A stretch of DNA of 64,000 nt from Eledone cirrhosa (lineage: Eukaryota). A model generated the notes under the pieces. The model was given only the letters and a program-made list of their open reading frames with translations, ran no database searches and had not been told where the DNA came from. This document shows positions 15,103-28,954 of the stretch, in pieces; the stretch's first letter is position 1; each line of letters starts with the position of its first letter. Where the stretch lies: NCBI GenBank assembly GCA_964016885.1, contig OZ024743.1, positions 318,494,001-318,558,000 on the forward strand, written 5' to 3'. The translations under genes and the position numbers were made by a program.

Positions 15103-15683
15103 ACAGTAAAGTAAGCAGTGAAAGACTTGGTACATCTACATATGTATACGTGTGTGTATTCATATGCATACTAGTATTTCAGTATACATATGTAGATGTA
15201 CATTTTTAACTCAATTGTTTAAGCGTCAGTCATACAAAAGTGAGTTACAAACGAAACGAAATTTAATTTCGTTTCGTTATTTGTTTTTATCGTCTCCGTT
15301 GAACCGGTACGTACTCACACTCTATGCAAATTAGTCTGCCCACTACTAATTTTCATAGAAAAAGCATATAACGATATGTGCTTTTACGATTCTCCAGAAA
15401 GGCCGGTAGAGAGGTAAATATTGCTGATGAGTTGTAACAACAACGAAACTAGTTCAATATTCCTTGTCTGGCTTTCTGGAGAATAGAGGAAAGGTGTTTC
15501 CTCAAAAACCAGTATGACTCTAAAAACCGGTTTGTCTGTGTGTTTACATACAGAATAGCTGGATACTCACAGTAAAGTAACCAGTGAAAGACTTGGTACA
15601 TCTACATATGTATACGTGTGTGTATTCATATGCATACTAGTATTTCAGTATACATATGTAGATGTACATTTTTAACTTAATTG

Positions 15684-15685
<2 letters not shown>
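15103..15685 (+). mobile_element. Non-coding retrozyme-like unit (466-bp period, 117-bp direct terminal repeat)
   Basis: 15103-15219 is repeated at 15569-15685; internal hammerhead and octamer hairpin; TA flanks. Confidence 0.75.
15417..15461 (+). ncRNA. Type I hammerhead ribozyme
   Basis: aatattg-CTGATGA-GTTG taacaa CAAC-GAAA-CTAG-TT-caatatt; 7-bp stem I; outer stem attctccagaaag/ctttctggagaat. Confidence 0.9.
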
Positions 15686-15747
<62 letters not shown>

Positions 15748-15763
15748 TATATATATATATAGT

Positions 15764-15764
<1 letters not shown>

Positions 15765-15794
<30 letters not shown>

Positions 15795-16409
15795 CCGTTT
15801 TACGTCCGTTCTTCCACGCTAGCATGGGTTAGACGGGTTGTCCTGTTGTGGGCAGTGTCTGGTCGGCTGACCATGCCTTGCTCATACAGGAACTGATCTG
15901 GCTTGATTTTTACAGCTGGATGCCCTTCCTAACACCAACCTCATTTACAGTGAGTGCTGGGTGCTTTTTCGTGGCGCCTACACGTCCACTTTACAGTGTG
16001 GGCTGGGTGCTTTTTTGCCGTGGCACCTCCACGACCACCTGGCGGTGGGGGGGGGGGGGGGGGGGAGTGGGGGCATATTGTTTATATGCTTCAGCATGTA
16101 CCCATGGGAGGTCGGGTACCCTGTATTACTGCGTGACGCCAGAAGTCACGGTCGTGTGTCATTGTCTTTGAGAGGTGTAGTTGGGTAAGGTCGGCTTTTA
16201 TCACCTCATCCCAAGTCATCTTGGGTTTCCCCACTCCGCGGTTTCCATCAACTTCTAGTGCTCTGCACCTTTTTATGCAGCTGTCATCCTTCATACGCAT
16301 CACATGTCCATACCAGCGTAACCGCCTCTCCTGCACGCAGCATTTGATTCCTCTTATGCTCAGTCTCTCTCTCAATTTCTTTATGCTTTGTCGTTCACGT
16401 ATATTACTG

Positions 16410-16410
<1 letters not shown>
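15765..16410 (-). mobile_element. RTE LINE family 2, 3' end with (GAT)n tail
   Basis: ERRLRWYGHVMRMKDDSCIKRC...; near-identical to 45082-45700. Confidence 0.9.
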
Positions 16411-16471
<61 letters not shown>

Positions 16472-16524
16472 TATATATATATAGAGATATAGATATATAT
16501 ATATATATAATATATATATATAAA

Positions 16525-16635
16525 TAAAGAAAAAGAGATGAAATCGAAAATGCAACTGGAGTCTTATTTAAAAAAAAAATATATATATTTATTTGGTTCC
16601 TTTACCGGTTTCGCAGTTCTTCTGCTTTTCAAAAG
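16525..16635 (-). mobile_element. Family C pLTR fragment with U3-A8 hammerhead (16600-16635)
   Basis: Reverse complement of 1485-1598. Confidence 0.8.
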
Positions 16636-17668
16636 TGATATAGAATGAGTAACAAGTATTATATAATGTATAATAAATAACTTTGAAATAAGGTAGACAG
16701 TTATTTATTATACATTATATAATACTTGTTACTCATTCTATATCACTCCTATTTATCACTTCCCTTTCTTCCTTTTCCTTTTCTTTTATTTTTCTTTTAA
16801 TTTCTAACCCCTAATCTGTACCTTTTTCTCACTGTGCCTTATATAGAAACAATTATTACACAATACAATATATTCTTACTTTATATCACCTTGAAAAAAT
16901 CCTTCGTAAACATAAATATTTTTTTGGCGTTAGATTATCCATCCTCAATTCACTATTTTTTTCTCACTTTCATGCTCATCTATTTCATCCTATCTTCTAC
17001 TTTTTTCACAATATATCCTTACTTACATTATCTTTGCTATTTTTAATAATACATATCAACATTTTCTTTCAATTGCACATATTATTAAATCCTTAAATAT
17101 TATTCTTAATACATATTAACATTTTCTTTCCATCGCACATATTATTAAACCCTTAAATATTATTCTTAATACATATTAACATTTTCTTTTCATCGCACAT
17201 ATTATTAAACCCTTCAATATACAAACCTTAACTTTACATCATTTTTCTCTTCGTTAATTTTCAAATTCTTTTAATTTATACATTATCTTCCAACGGTTTT
17301 TCAACCTCTCTATGTAAAACAATATATTTTTCTCAGTTATAAAAGCTATCTCTCTCTCTCTATCACCCATCTCTCCTCCTATCTCATCCTTCCTCATTAT
17401 ACTCCTCCCCCTCCACTTTTTACTCTCATCTCCTCCTCTTTTTCACCCCCCCCCCCCATAAAAAAATTTGTTTCCCCAATATCACACATCAATCTAAAAC
17501 TACTTTTCATATGTTGATTTAAAACTGCACTATCCACAAGTGTTTTTTAACTTTCATATCATGTCTTCCTATTTTATCTGATGAAAACACAAATGTTATT
17601 GCATAATGATATTTGTTTTTGAAATGCGCATACATGGAACTCTTTTAACCATCTTTTGATCTTATATA
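16633..17668 (+). mobile_element. Family A PLE 3' UTR plus pLTR with 5' fold-back hairpin and 60-bp tandem repeat
   Basis: Reverse-complement homolog of 35552-36665; hairpin 16634-16747; about three 60-bp units at 17050-17220 (about five at 36010-36310). Confidence 0.88.
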
Positions 17669-17713
17669 TTATATATATATATATATATATACATACAATA
17701 TATATATATATAT

Positions 17714-17787
<74 letters not shown>

Positions 17788-17821
17788 ATATATATATATA
17801 TATATACAATATATATATATA

Positions 17822-17854
<33 letters not shown>

Positions 17855-17876
17855 CAATATATATATATATATATAC

Positions 17877-17940
<64 letters not shown>

Positions 17941-17956
17941 ATATATATATATATAT

Positions 17957-17990
<34 letters not shown>

Positions 17991-17993
<3 letters not shown>

Positions 17994-18250
17994 TTGCGAG
18001 GTTTTTTATATGAAATCGTGTGTCGAAACAGATATTGTTATATTTGGGGAGGGTCATATTTGCGTAATATTGCCAGAATTAATAACAGAACACACTCACT
18101 GTTTGGTTGGTTTTCGCTTCTCGCTGTCTTTTATATATATATATCTGCGAGAAGCGAAGAAGCGAGAAGCGAAAACCAACCAAACAGTGAGTGTGTTCTG
18201 TTATTAATTCTGGCAATATTACGCAAATATGACCCTCCCCAAATATAACT
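17991..18250. mobile_element. Family B fold-back palindrome
   Basis: ~18037-18124 is the reverse complement of ~18162-18249. Confidence 0.88.
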
Positions 18251-18255
18251 ATATA

Positions 18256-18290
<35 letters not shown>

Positions 18291-18444
18291 TGTATATATA
18301 TATATAGTATATATATATATATATATTGTGTATATATATATATATTGTATATATATATATATTGTATATATATATATATATATTGTATATATATATATAT
18401 TGTATATATATATATATATATAGTATATATATATATATATATTG

Positions 18445-18504
<60 letters not shown>

Positions 18505-18579
18505 ATATATATATACATATACAATATATATATATACAATATATATATATATATTGTATATATATATATATATATATAT

Positions 18580-18610
<31 letters not shown>

Positions 18611-18666
18611 TGTATATATAAATGAAAGTTATAGAAAATATTGGAGCAAAATATATATATATATAT

Positions 18667-18701
<35 letters not shown>

Positions 18702-18707
18702 TGTATA

Positions 18708-19147
18708 TATGTAGGAGGTGAGTTTTATTGTAGTACAATAAAGCAATGCAGATATCGGATAAGAAGCACTCTACAGTTTGTAGGACTGGAGTATACATAA
18801 TATAAGATCAAAAGATGGTTAAAGGAGTTCCATGTATTTTATTATGCGCATTTCAAAAACAAACATCATCATGCAATAATATTTGTGTTTTCATCAGATA
18901 AAACAGGAGAACATGATATGAAGGCTAAAAAACACTTGTGGATAGTGCAGTTTTAAATCAACATACCATTATGTTGATTTAAAACTGCACTATCCACTAT
19001 CCACAAGTGTTTTTTAGCCTTCATATCATGTTCTCCTGTTTTATCTGATGAAAACACAAATATTATTGCATGATGATGTTTGTTTTTGAAATGCGCATAA
19101 TAAAATACATGGAACTCCTTTAACCATCTTTTGATCTTATATTATAC
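18708..19147. mobile_element. Family A pLTR fold-back palindrome
   Basis: Arms ~18798-18965 and ~18971-19145 around atcaacata-ccat-tatgttgat. Confidence 0.9.
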
Positions 19148-19180
19148 TGTATATATATATATATGTAGTATATATATATA

Positions 19181-19240
<60 letters not shown>

Positions 19241-19244
<4 letters not shown>

Positions 19245-19496
19245 CAGCCGTACTAAGAGTGAGAAATGAAATTTCGTTTCATTTTTTCCGTTTATCGTTT
19301 TCGGTACCCCGGCCGATTAACTCACTCAATATGCAAATTAGGCTACTCAGCCGTTAATATGCATAAGGAAAGTATATACTTTCAGACGTTCCATCATCTG
19401 GCAGGAAAGTATACGTTGCTGACGATAGCCAATAAGCTTGAAGCTAGTACAGCGTTCCTTTGTCAGTGTTGAACAAATGAGCAACGATGGTTGCTA
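19241..19496 (+). mobile_element. Diverged relative of the 15103-15685 retrozyme-like unit; hammerhead-like motif at 19413-19455
   Basis: Shares cag.c.tac.aa.agtgag, actcac...TATGCAAATTAG; acgttg-CTGACGA-t-AGC caataa GCT-t-GAAG-CTAG-TA-cagcgt. Confidence 0.7.
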
Positions 19497-19564
19497 TATA
19501 TATATACTATATATATATATATATATACAATATATATATATATACTATATATATATATATATAC

Positions 19565-19600
<36 letters not shown>

Positions 19601-19663
19601 ATATATATACAATATATATATATATATATATATACAATATATATATATATATACTATATATAT

Positions 19664-19717
<54 letters not shown>

Positions 19718-19809
19718 ATATATATATATATATATATATATACAATATATATATACAAAATATATATATATATATTGTATATATATATATATGCAACGTT
19801 TTTTGAAAT

Positions 19810-20685
19810 ATTCACAGATTGATTTTTTTAGTATTCATTCCACGAGTTCCTCTCATTCCATCAGGAGCGGCCATACCATTTTCCTTTCGGAGGCTTCAAT
19901 TTCCAATTCGTGTCAGCTTTGCAATGTCTATCAACAAATCCCAGGGTCAAACCCTAGCTGTTGCTGGTCTTCTTTTGGAAGAGTCATGTTTTTCACACGG
20001 GCAACTATACGTTGGCTGCTCAAGAGTGGGAAGCAAGACAAATCTCTTTGCATATGCTCGACACGGAAGAACAAGGAACATTGCGTACAAGGAGGTGCTA
20101 CAATCACTTTTTAGGTAGACGAGGCAGAAGGGGATGTACACAATTGGCTGAAGAAGGACGAGGCCGTGTTAGTAGTACAACCAACGGTTGCCATCACACC
20201 AACAGCAGCAAAAACAACAACAAAGAGAGGGAACACAATTACATGCTTTTGAAAAATCGTTCTGGAAAATTATTTGCCTATTCACCCAAGGCGACTTCAC
20301 TTTTTATTAGGACTTCTGCATCAATTGGTGAACATACGACGAAAGATTGAAAGGAGTAAGACCACACCACTCTCCACCACTGCAGTCCCACATGCTAACT
20401 GCTCTCTAACTATTGCTTTCATTGTACCATAACACAACAAATATATGTTCGGTATGTCAAATGCCATTTTACTTAATCCTATAGTCTTGGCTTTCGTGGG
20501 TTGAACATTTTACTCTCAGGCACCCAATTAAGTTAAACCCCTGGTAATCTACGACAAATTTTTTTTATAAGCACAAAATGTAGGCACCATCGCCAGGCCG
20601 AGGTATTCCGTACTTCTCTGTACTGTTTCAGAAAGGAGGGATAAACATGTTTAGAGTCCCGAGCAATGCCAGGCCATTCTGCTAG
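19810..20685 (+). mobile_element. Helitron 3' fragment (PIF1-type helicase C-terminus to CTAG end)
   Basis: IPRVPLIPS...FRRLQFPIRVSFAMSINKSQGQTL...FSHGQLYVGCSRV...YKEVL; subterminal cccgagcaatgccagg and CTAG|T at 20682-20686. Confidence 0.9.
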
Positions 20686-20694
20686 TATATATAT

Positions 20695-20763
<69 letters not shown>

Positions 20764-20799
20764 GTTGAAAATTGCAAACTTGACTGTCACCACATATCA

Positions 20800-20838
20800 T
20801 GAACCTGAAGATTGCGAAAGCATGAAAGTACTTGTTCA
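20800..20838 (+). ncRNA. Type I minimal hammerhead
   Basis: tgaac-CTGAAGA-t-TGC gaaa GCA-t-GAAA-GTAC-TT-gttca; palindromic stem III AGTACT. Confidence 0.85.
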
Positions 20839-21016
20839 ATTAACACTTAGAATTTAATATTCTATCATACTATTTCATTATAATACCATTATAAATTTTA
20901 AAGGATTGTAAATAAAACGAGTAAATCAGACAAAGTTGGAATTCCTCTTATTAATATAATCTTCTATACACAATCATACACACCCGTGTATATCTATCTA
21001 TCTATCTATCTATCTA

Positions 21017-21065
<49 letters not shown>

Positions 21066-21128
21066 ACACACACATACATACATACATATATACATGTACA
21101 TACACACACACATATATATACATATACA

Positions 21129-21198
<70 letters not shown>

Positions 21199-21293
21199 TT
21201 GTGTGAGCATATGTACACTCTTCTTACATGTGCGCATACTCATATAAACATTCATACATCTATACTCACATATACACACACACAAACACATAT

Positions 21294-21362
<69 letters not shown>

Positions 21363-21585
21363 CATACACACACATATATATATATACATACATATACACA
21401 CATACCATACATATACAAGCATATACATATATACACATACATAAACATATATATATATATATATACATACACAAATATATACACACATAAATATATTTCC
21501 ATATCATACTTAGATGTTTATTTTCACTCATGCAATTACGGGTGGCTGTGTATCTTGTTACCTTTAGTCATTAATTGTTTCTACT

Positions 21586-21759
21586 TTAGGCACAAGGCCA
21601 GCAATTACCCAGTGCATTACTGGTACTTTATTTTATCGACCCCGTAAGGATGAAAGGCAAAGACAACCTCGGCGGGATTTGAACTCAGATCGTAAAGGGA
21701 CGTAACTATGCTGGAAAGCATGGCGTCCGACCCTCTACCGATACTGCCAATCCACCGCC
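21586..21759 (-). mobile_element. tRNA-derived SINE with MetaSINE-like core
   Basis: A box TGGCAGTATCGG, B box GAGTTCAAATCC, then GCCTTTCATCCTTACGGGGTCGATAAAATAAAGTACCAG. Confidence 0.75.
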
Positions 21760-21934
21760 CTTTAGTCATTAATGCATAAATCTAAGGAAGCTAAAACATT
21801 AAAAGGCAAAAATAAGCATGAAAGCATATAATTAGGGGAAAGAGGTACTAATAAATGTTATTCTATACGGAATTATAGTGAGTTGCTATTTAGAATATTT
21901 AATTAGGTTTATAGTATTTAATTAGGTTTATAGT

Positions 21935-22210
21935 ATTTAAATGTTTTTCGTATACGGTGATTACAGACTATGATCAATTCCTGTCTTTTATTTAATAAAT
22001 CGTGCTTAGATTTAGTAATTTCCAAGATCTCTCCTGAACATAATCTGCATTCCCTCCTGTTTCCAAGATATGGAGCTTTTTGTAGAATGGTGTTCCACGA
22101 TAACTTAAAATCTATTTTTATCTTTTTATAATTATTTACCGCTTCAGCTAAAGATGTGGTGTTTGCTAGTTTAGTATTGTTGAAACTACTAGAGTGTGCA
22201 TAAAATCTTT
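21935..22210 (-). pseudogene. Hydra-like PLE GIY-YIG C-terminus, frameshifted (not in the ORF track)
   Basis: Manual translation RFYAHSSSF...NTTSLAEA / LSWNTILQKAPY...CRLCSGEILEI...LLNKRQELIIVCNHR. Confidence 0.8.
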
Positions 22211-22253
22211 ATATATATACAATATATATATATATATATACAATATATATATA

Positions 22254-22615
22254 TCATCATCATCATCAACGTTTAACGTCCGTGTTCCACGCTTGCATGG
22301 GTTTGGACGGGGGTTTTCCCACTTGAGGCAAGAGTGATTGTCTTGCTCGCATAGGACTGTCTGGCAGGTTTTCTACAGTTGGATGCCCTTCCTAACACCA
22401 ACCACATTTACAGTGTGGGACTGGGAGGTTTTTACCGTGTTGCCTACACGGCCACATTACAGCGTGGACTGTGTGTTTTTTTGTCGTGACACCTACACGA
22501 TCTCATTTGTTTCGGCCTGGATGGTGTGGCACCAACATAACTTTACATAGAAGGGGGTGGTGTGGATGGGGTGGGGGTGGTGGGACGGGGTGTATTTTGT
22601 TAGAGATGCCTACTG
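22254..22615 (-). mobile_element. RTE family 1 3' UTR only
   Basis: Reverse complement of 6030-6400; (CAT)n end. Confidence 0.9.
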
Positions 22616-22629
22616 ATACAATATATATG

Positions 22630-22660
<31 letters not shown>

Positions 22661-22729
22661 GTGTGTGTGTATGCATATATATGTGTGTGTATGCGTGTGT
22701 GTGTATATTTGTGTGTATGTGCTTTTTTT

Positions 22730-22769
<40 letters not shown>

Positions 22770-23283
22770 TATACATATATATATGTGTGTGTAAGTGTTT
22801 ATGTATGTGGTTGTGAGTATGTAAATATATTTTATTCTTTCCATTCTACAAAAACACTCTGGCCACCTGTAGCTCGTATGTTAACTTGACCACTCACCTC
22901 AGTCTGTGCCATGATTCGGTCTTGTTTATCTTCTAATACCAACCCACCTAAAAAAATTTCCCTACTATATATCTGTTGAATTACTATTCTTGGGGTTTTT
23001 ATTTATATTTATTTTTATTTATTTATTTATTTATCTATTTATTCATTTATTTATTTATTTATTTATTTACTTATTTATTTACTTTTTCTTTTTCTTTTCC
23101 TTTTATTTTACAAAAGCACTCTGGCTAATTGACCACTCCCCAAAGAAAAAACGGTCTGTGCCATGTTGTGGTCCTGTGTATCTAAATACCAACTTACCCC
23201 TCAAATCCCCCCCCCCCCCCCAGCCACCACCCCTCCCTTACCACTACCGAAATGTATAAATACCAGAACTTAATATGACACCC

Positions 23284-23334
23284 AGCTTCCTGAAGATTCC
23301 ATCTGAATGAAACAGTACTAGTCATGTAGAAGCT
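23284..23334 (+). ncRNA. Type I hammerhead at the end of a pLTR-type insertion (~22830-23350)
   Basis: agcttc-CTGAAGA-ttccatctgaat-GAAA-CA...TG-TA-gaagct; stem II imperfect. Confidence 0.75.
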
Positions 23335-23345
23335 CCATCTATACA

Positions 23346-23445
<100 letters not shown>

Positions 23446-23451
23446 ATATAT

Positions 23452-23620
23452 CATCATCATCATCATTTCATTTTACGTCCCCTTTTCCCTGCTTGCAAGG
23501 GTGGGACGGGAACTGATTCTGGCTTGGTTTCTACAGCTGGATGCCCTTCCTAACACCAACCTCATTTACAGTGAGTGGTGGGTGTTTTTTTGCCGTGGCA
23601 CCTTCACGACCACTTTGCAG
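23452..23620 (-). mobile_element. RTE-type 3' end (family 3-like tail)
   Basis: (CAT)n, then ttttacgtcc...ccctgcttgcaagggtgggacggg as at 37988-38026, and cagctggatgcccttcctaacaccaacc. Confidence 0.75.
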
Positions 23621-23654
23621 TGGAATGATAGGGACTGGGGTCCCTATCATCTCA

Positions 23655-23776
23655 TTTCTACAGCTGAGTAAACTAGAGCAATGTGAAATAAAGTGGCTTG
23701 CTCAAGCAAACAACACATCACCCGGTCTGAGAATTGAACTCACAACCTTTCGATTGCAAGGCCAATGCTCTAACCA
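23655..23776 (-). mobile_element. tRNA-derived SINE with CORE-like segment
   Basis: Homologous to 54203-54322; B box GAGTTCAATTCT. Confidence 0.75.
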
Positions 23777-23807
23777 ATATATATATATACACATTATATA
23801 TACCATA

Positions 23808-23905
<98 letters not shown>

Positions 23906-24010
23906 AATGAAGTAATTCCATCGGAAAAGTCCAGGAAAAAAGAGTGCTCTATGTATGCAACAGAGCTTAATTATTATTATTATGTAATAAACAACATAAG
24001 GCAATTATTC

Positions 24011-24064
24011 CATTTACCAGTGGTTTCTTAAAAGCAAAAGGTTTTGCTTTCAATCCTCAGAATG
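24011..24064 (-). ncRNA. Type I hammerhead
   Basis: catt-CTGAGGA-ttgaaagcaaaa cc ttttgcttttaa-GAAA-CCACTGG-TA-aatg on the minus strand. Confidence 0.85.
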
Positions 24065-24262
24065 AAAAATCCTGGTTTGTTTATTGAATATGGATTCTAA
24101 AAACAAAAATGCAATCTATATGAAAGTGAGGCTGGAAAAGGGAGAAGGAAAGGAAAAATAAAATAAAACTACACATGCAAACACACACAAAAAAACACAA
24201 AAGCATACTTACACACACATACATATATACACATATATATAAATGCACGCATACACATATAC

Positions 24263-24304
<42 letters not shown>

Positions 24305-24378
24305 AGCGTACACCTACACACACATACACATATATACACACATATACACATACATATATTCATACATACACACACACA

Positions 24379-24409
<31 letters not shown>

Positions 24410-24529
24410 ATATATATATACAATATATATATATGTATATATACACAATATATATACAATATATATATATATATACACAATATATATACAATATATATAA
24501 ATTGTTGGGATACAACAAGCAAATATTTT

Positions 24530-25520
24530 TATAACTGATATAAAGCACTCGACAAGTATTTGGAGTAAATATACGATATTAACAAATGGAAACTATATTT
24601 ATAAAACCATATCTATTTTATTATACATATTTCAAGGATACCATGTTAAATTATGGTATGCTTTCATCAGACAAAATACAATATATACCAGTTTTATAAA
24701 TAAATATTGACATACCCTTTCAAAATGCAACCGTTACTTTTGGAAGACATCAGGGATAGTGGATTTGTTTATCTTAGTAAGTCGTTGTGTTAAGGAGAAG
24801 GAAAAAGACGGAGAGAGAGAAAAACCGAGAGAGAGAAAAGTGGAGAAAGAAAGGGAGAGATAAAGAAAGAAAAAGAAAAAAGAAAAAAAGAAAAAAGAGA
24901 AAAACAAGAGAGAGATATCAAAACACCAGACAGAGAGAAAAAATCAAGAGAGAGAAATATAGAGATAGAGAGAGGGGGAGAGAACGAAAACCTTAAGTCA
25001 TGTCATATTAAGTTAAGTTAACAATTGAGATGAAATGAATAAATAAAATTAGAAATATTAATATTCATGAATGGAATATACATATATAATATGAGAAATT
25101 AATCATTGTTTAACTATGATTAGATATTTAGTTTAAAAATTGAGATCAATATATTAAAAATTGGAATTTAAACATTAAGAAATATATATATTGCTAGAGA
25201 AATTACCTATCATATAACACGTACACACACGCAAAAATACACATAAATATATATATATACACAGTCAGAAAATACACATTATATCTACTCCCGTATATAA
25301 TATATACCTACAAAGCATAAATAATTAGATATAATGTGTATTTTCTGACTGTGTATATATATATATTTATGTGTATTTTTGCGTGTGTGTACGTGTTATA
25401 TGATAGGTAATTTCTCTAGCAATATATATATTTCTTAATGTTTAAATTCCAATTTTTAATATATTGATCTCAATTTTTAAACTAAATATCTAATCATAGT
25501 TAAACAATGATTAATTTCTC
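24530..25520 (-). mobile_element. PLE 3' end related to 13135-15065, hammerhead at 24614-24678, ~195-bp fold-back
   Basis: tattttgt-CTGATGA-aag.ataccat/atggtat.ctt-GAAA-tatgta-TA-ataaaata; arms 25093-25287 and 25326-25520. Confidence 0.8.
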
Positions 25521-26420
25521 ACGCGTGCGTGTATATATATATGTGTATGTATGTGTGTTTTTATATCTGTGTTTTTACATCTATGTTTTTTTACATTCTT
25601 ATTTTTATGTGTGTGCATGTAAGCGGGTCAACGTGCGTGAGTGTATGTATGTGTGTGTGTGTGTGCGTGTGTGTAAGTACTGAATGTATGGATGTGTAAG
25701 TGTGCGTTTGTATATATTTATGTGTGTGTATGTGTGTGTGTGTATACAGTCGCGTACGTACGCGTGATTAGATATACATGGGGCGAGGTGTATGTATATA
25801 TATATGTGCATCCTGTGTGTGTATGTATACTTGCATACGCTTTTGTCTGCACGTTTTGCGTGTATTTTTATATATTCTTTATAGATATACGTTTCTTATA
25901 GATATATGTGTGTATGTACGCGTGTACCTTGTTTGTTTTCTTTACTTTGCAATTTTTTTTTCTAAATTATTGTTCCATTTTTATAAATATATCGAGAATG
26001 ATACTTTCTTTTTACTATTACACTCCCTTACCTCTTTTTCTTCCGCATATAAGTGTACGTGCGTGTGTGTGTGTTTATACGCGTGCCTTCATATTCTTAT
26101 AATGTATCTAATACCCTGTTTTTCTGTATACCTGTCAACCGGACACTTATATCATGTCTGTGTCTGTAGTTATATATACACAGATATACTTACCTTCATA
26201 TATATATTTACGCACACATTTTCACTATACACACACATTTGTACATACATACATATGTACATCTGTGAGTGTATATACATACATATACACACACCTAACT
26301 ATAATTCTTAAACATTTTTTTATATATTTTATATGTCTATTGTATTACCTTCATCTATATTTATATATTTTTTTTTGCATTTCTTGAGGAGACTTTCCAA
26401 ATATTTAGCTATGTTTTATA

Positions 26421-26495
26421 TTGCCTCGTCCGACGAACGAATGAAGACGTTTCTTTCGTATTCGCCTTATTCGGGAACCACTGGTAATGAGGTAA
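26421..26495 (+). ncRNA. Degenerate hammerhead related to 24011-24064
   Basis: ttgcctcgt-CCGACGA-...-GGAA-CCACTGG-TA-atgaggtaa; 9-bp stem I but two core changes. Confidence 0.5.
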
Positions 26496-26520
26496 TTATA
26501 TTGTATTGTTCTTTATACAT

Positions 26521-26553
<33 letters not shown>

Positions 26554-26603
26554 CCTCAGCGGGATGACTGAAACAGGTAAAAGAGTATATATATATATAT
26601 ATA

Positions 26604-26902
<299 letters not shown>

Positions 26903-26927
26903 TTATATATACATATATATATATGCA

Positions 26928-26967
<40 letters not shown>

Positions 26968-26982
26968 CAATATATATATATG

Positions 26983-27013
<31 letters not shown>

Positions 27014-27136
27014 GTATATATATATATGTATATATATATGTATATATATATGTATATATATATGTATATATATATGTATATATATATGTATATATATATA
27101 TATATATGTATATTTATATATATATATATGTATATT

Positions 27137-27169
<33 letters not shown>

Positions 27170-27172
27170 GTA

Positions 27173-27217
<45 letters not shown>

Positions 27218-27256
27218 TTATATATATATATATATATGTATATTTATATATATATG

Positions 27257-27324
<68 letters not shown>

Positions 27325-27332
27325 TGTATATT

Positions 27333-27379
<47 letters not shown>

Positions 27380-27380
27380 T

Positions 27381-27567
<187 letters not shown>

Positions 27568-27694
27568 TGTATATATGTATATATATATATATACAATATA
27601 TATATATGTATATATATATACTGTATATATGTATATATATATATACAATATATATATATGTATATATATATACTGTATATATGTATATATATAT

Positions 27695-27731
<37 letters not shown>

Positions 27732-27780
27732 TATATATGTATATATATATATACTGTATATATGTATATATATATATACA

Positions 27781-27811
<31 letters not shown>

Positions 27812-27838
27812 ATGTATATATGTATATATATATATACA

Positions 27839-27888
<50 letters not shown>

Positions 27889-27892
27889 GTAT

Positions 27893-28190
27893 GAAAAAAT
27901 GGCGTAGACATACAACACAACAGGAGGAAAATATAACACCACTGACGATGTTGCAGATGTGCAACGAAAGATTTATGTAAATTATGTAAACTATATATAT
28001 GTGTTTGTGTCTATATTGTATCTGTATTATTTTTGACCGTCGGTCAGTCAATGGCAACATTAAGGACCGAGTAAGCTAGGTTGCAGATATAAAAGACAGC
28101 GAGAAGCGAAAACCAACCAAACAGTGAGTGTGTTCTGTTATTAATTCTGGCAATATTACACAAATATGACCCTCCCCAAGTATAACAATA
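27893..28190 (+). mobile_element. Family B pLTR with hammerhead at 27940-27977
   Basis: aaaatggcgtag...CTGACGA-T-GTTGCA gatg TGCAAC-GAAA-gatt-TA; 3' end matches 18162-18249. Confidence 0.78.
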
Positions 28191-28255
28191 TATATATATA
28201 TATATGTATATATATGTATATATATATATATATATTTAAATGTATATATATATAT

Positions 28256-28320
<65 letters not shown>

Positions 28321-28353
28321 GTATATGTATATATACAATATATATATATATAT

Positions 28354-28526
<173 letters not shown>

Positions 28527-28548
28527 GTATATATATATATATATATAT

Positions 28549-28642
<94 letters not shown>

Positions 28643-28954
28643 AAATTGAGGTTGGTAATGGCACATGGAATATATAAGAGACAGAATACTTTTTTGTGAA
28701 AAAACATAATTTTATAAGGTAAGGAAATAATAAAGGGTATAAAAAATGACCGGTTTCGATGGGTCTGCAAAAGCCATCTTTTCAAATGTTGATTAATATT
28801 AAGAAAAATTAATAATACGAAGAGTTAAAATTTGAGACTTGAAAATTCAAGTATAAAATTCATTGTGGGATTTCATAGCAGTTTTCATCTAGGTAGCAAC
28901 AACAGGTTGACTGCTGTGTCCCTTTCTGGTAGTGAATGAGAAGTTATTTGGGGT

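Noticed and set aside
19819-20118. Host PIF1 helicase exon
   Set aside because: Motif wording and the downstream hairpin plus CTAG terminus indicate a Helitron.
21893-21940. TTAGG telomere-like repeats (also ttaggggttag at ~36530)
   Set aside because: Only a 19-bp tandem duplication or a single chance match, not a telomeric array.
26553-26585. Tiny insert ending GAAACAGGTA
   Set aside because: Probably a half-hammerhead pLTR tip, but too short to support.
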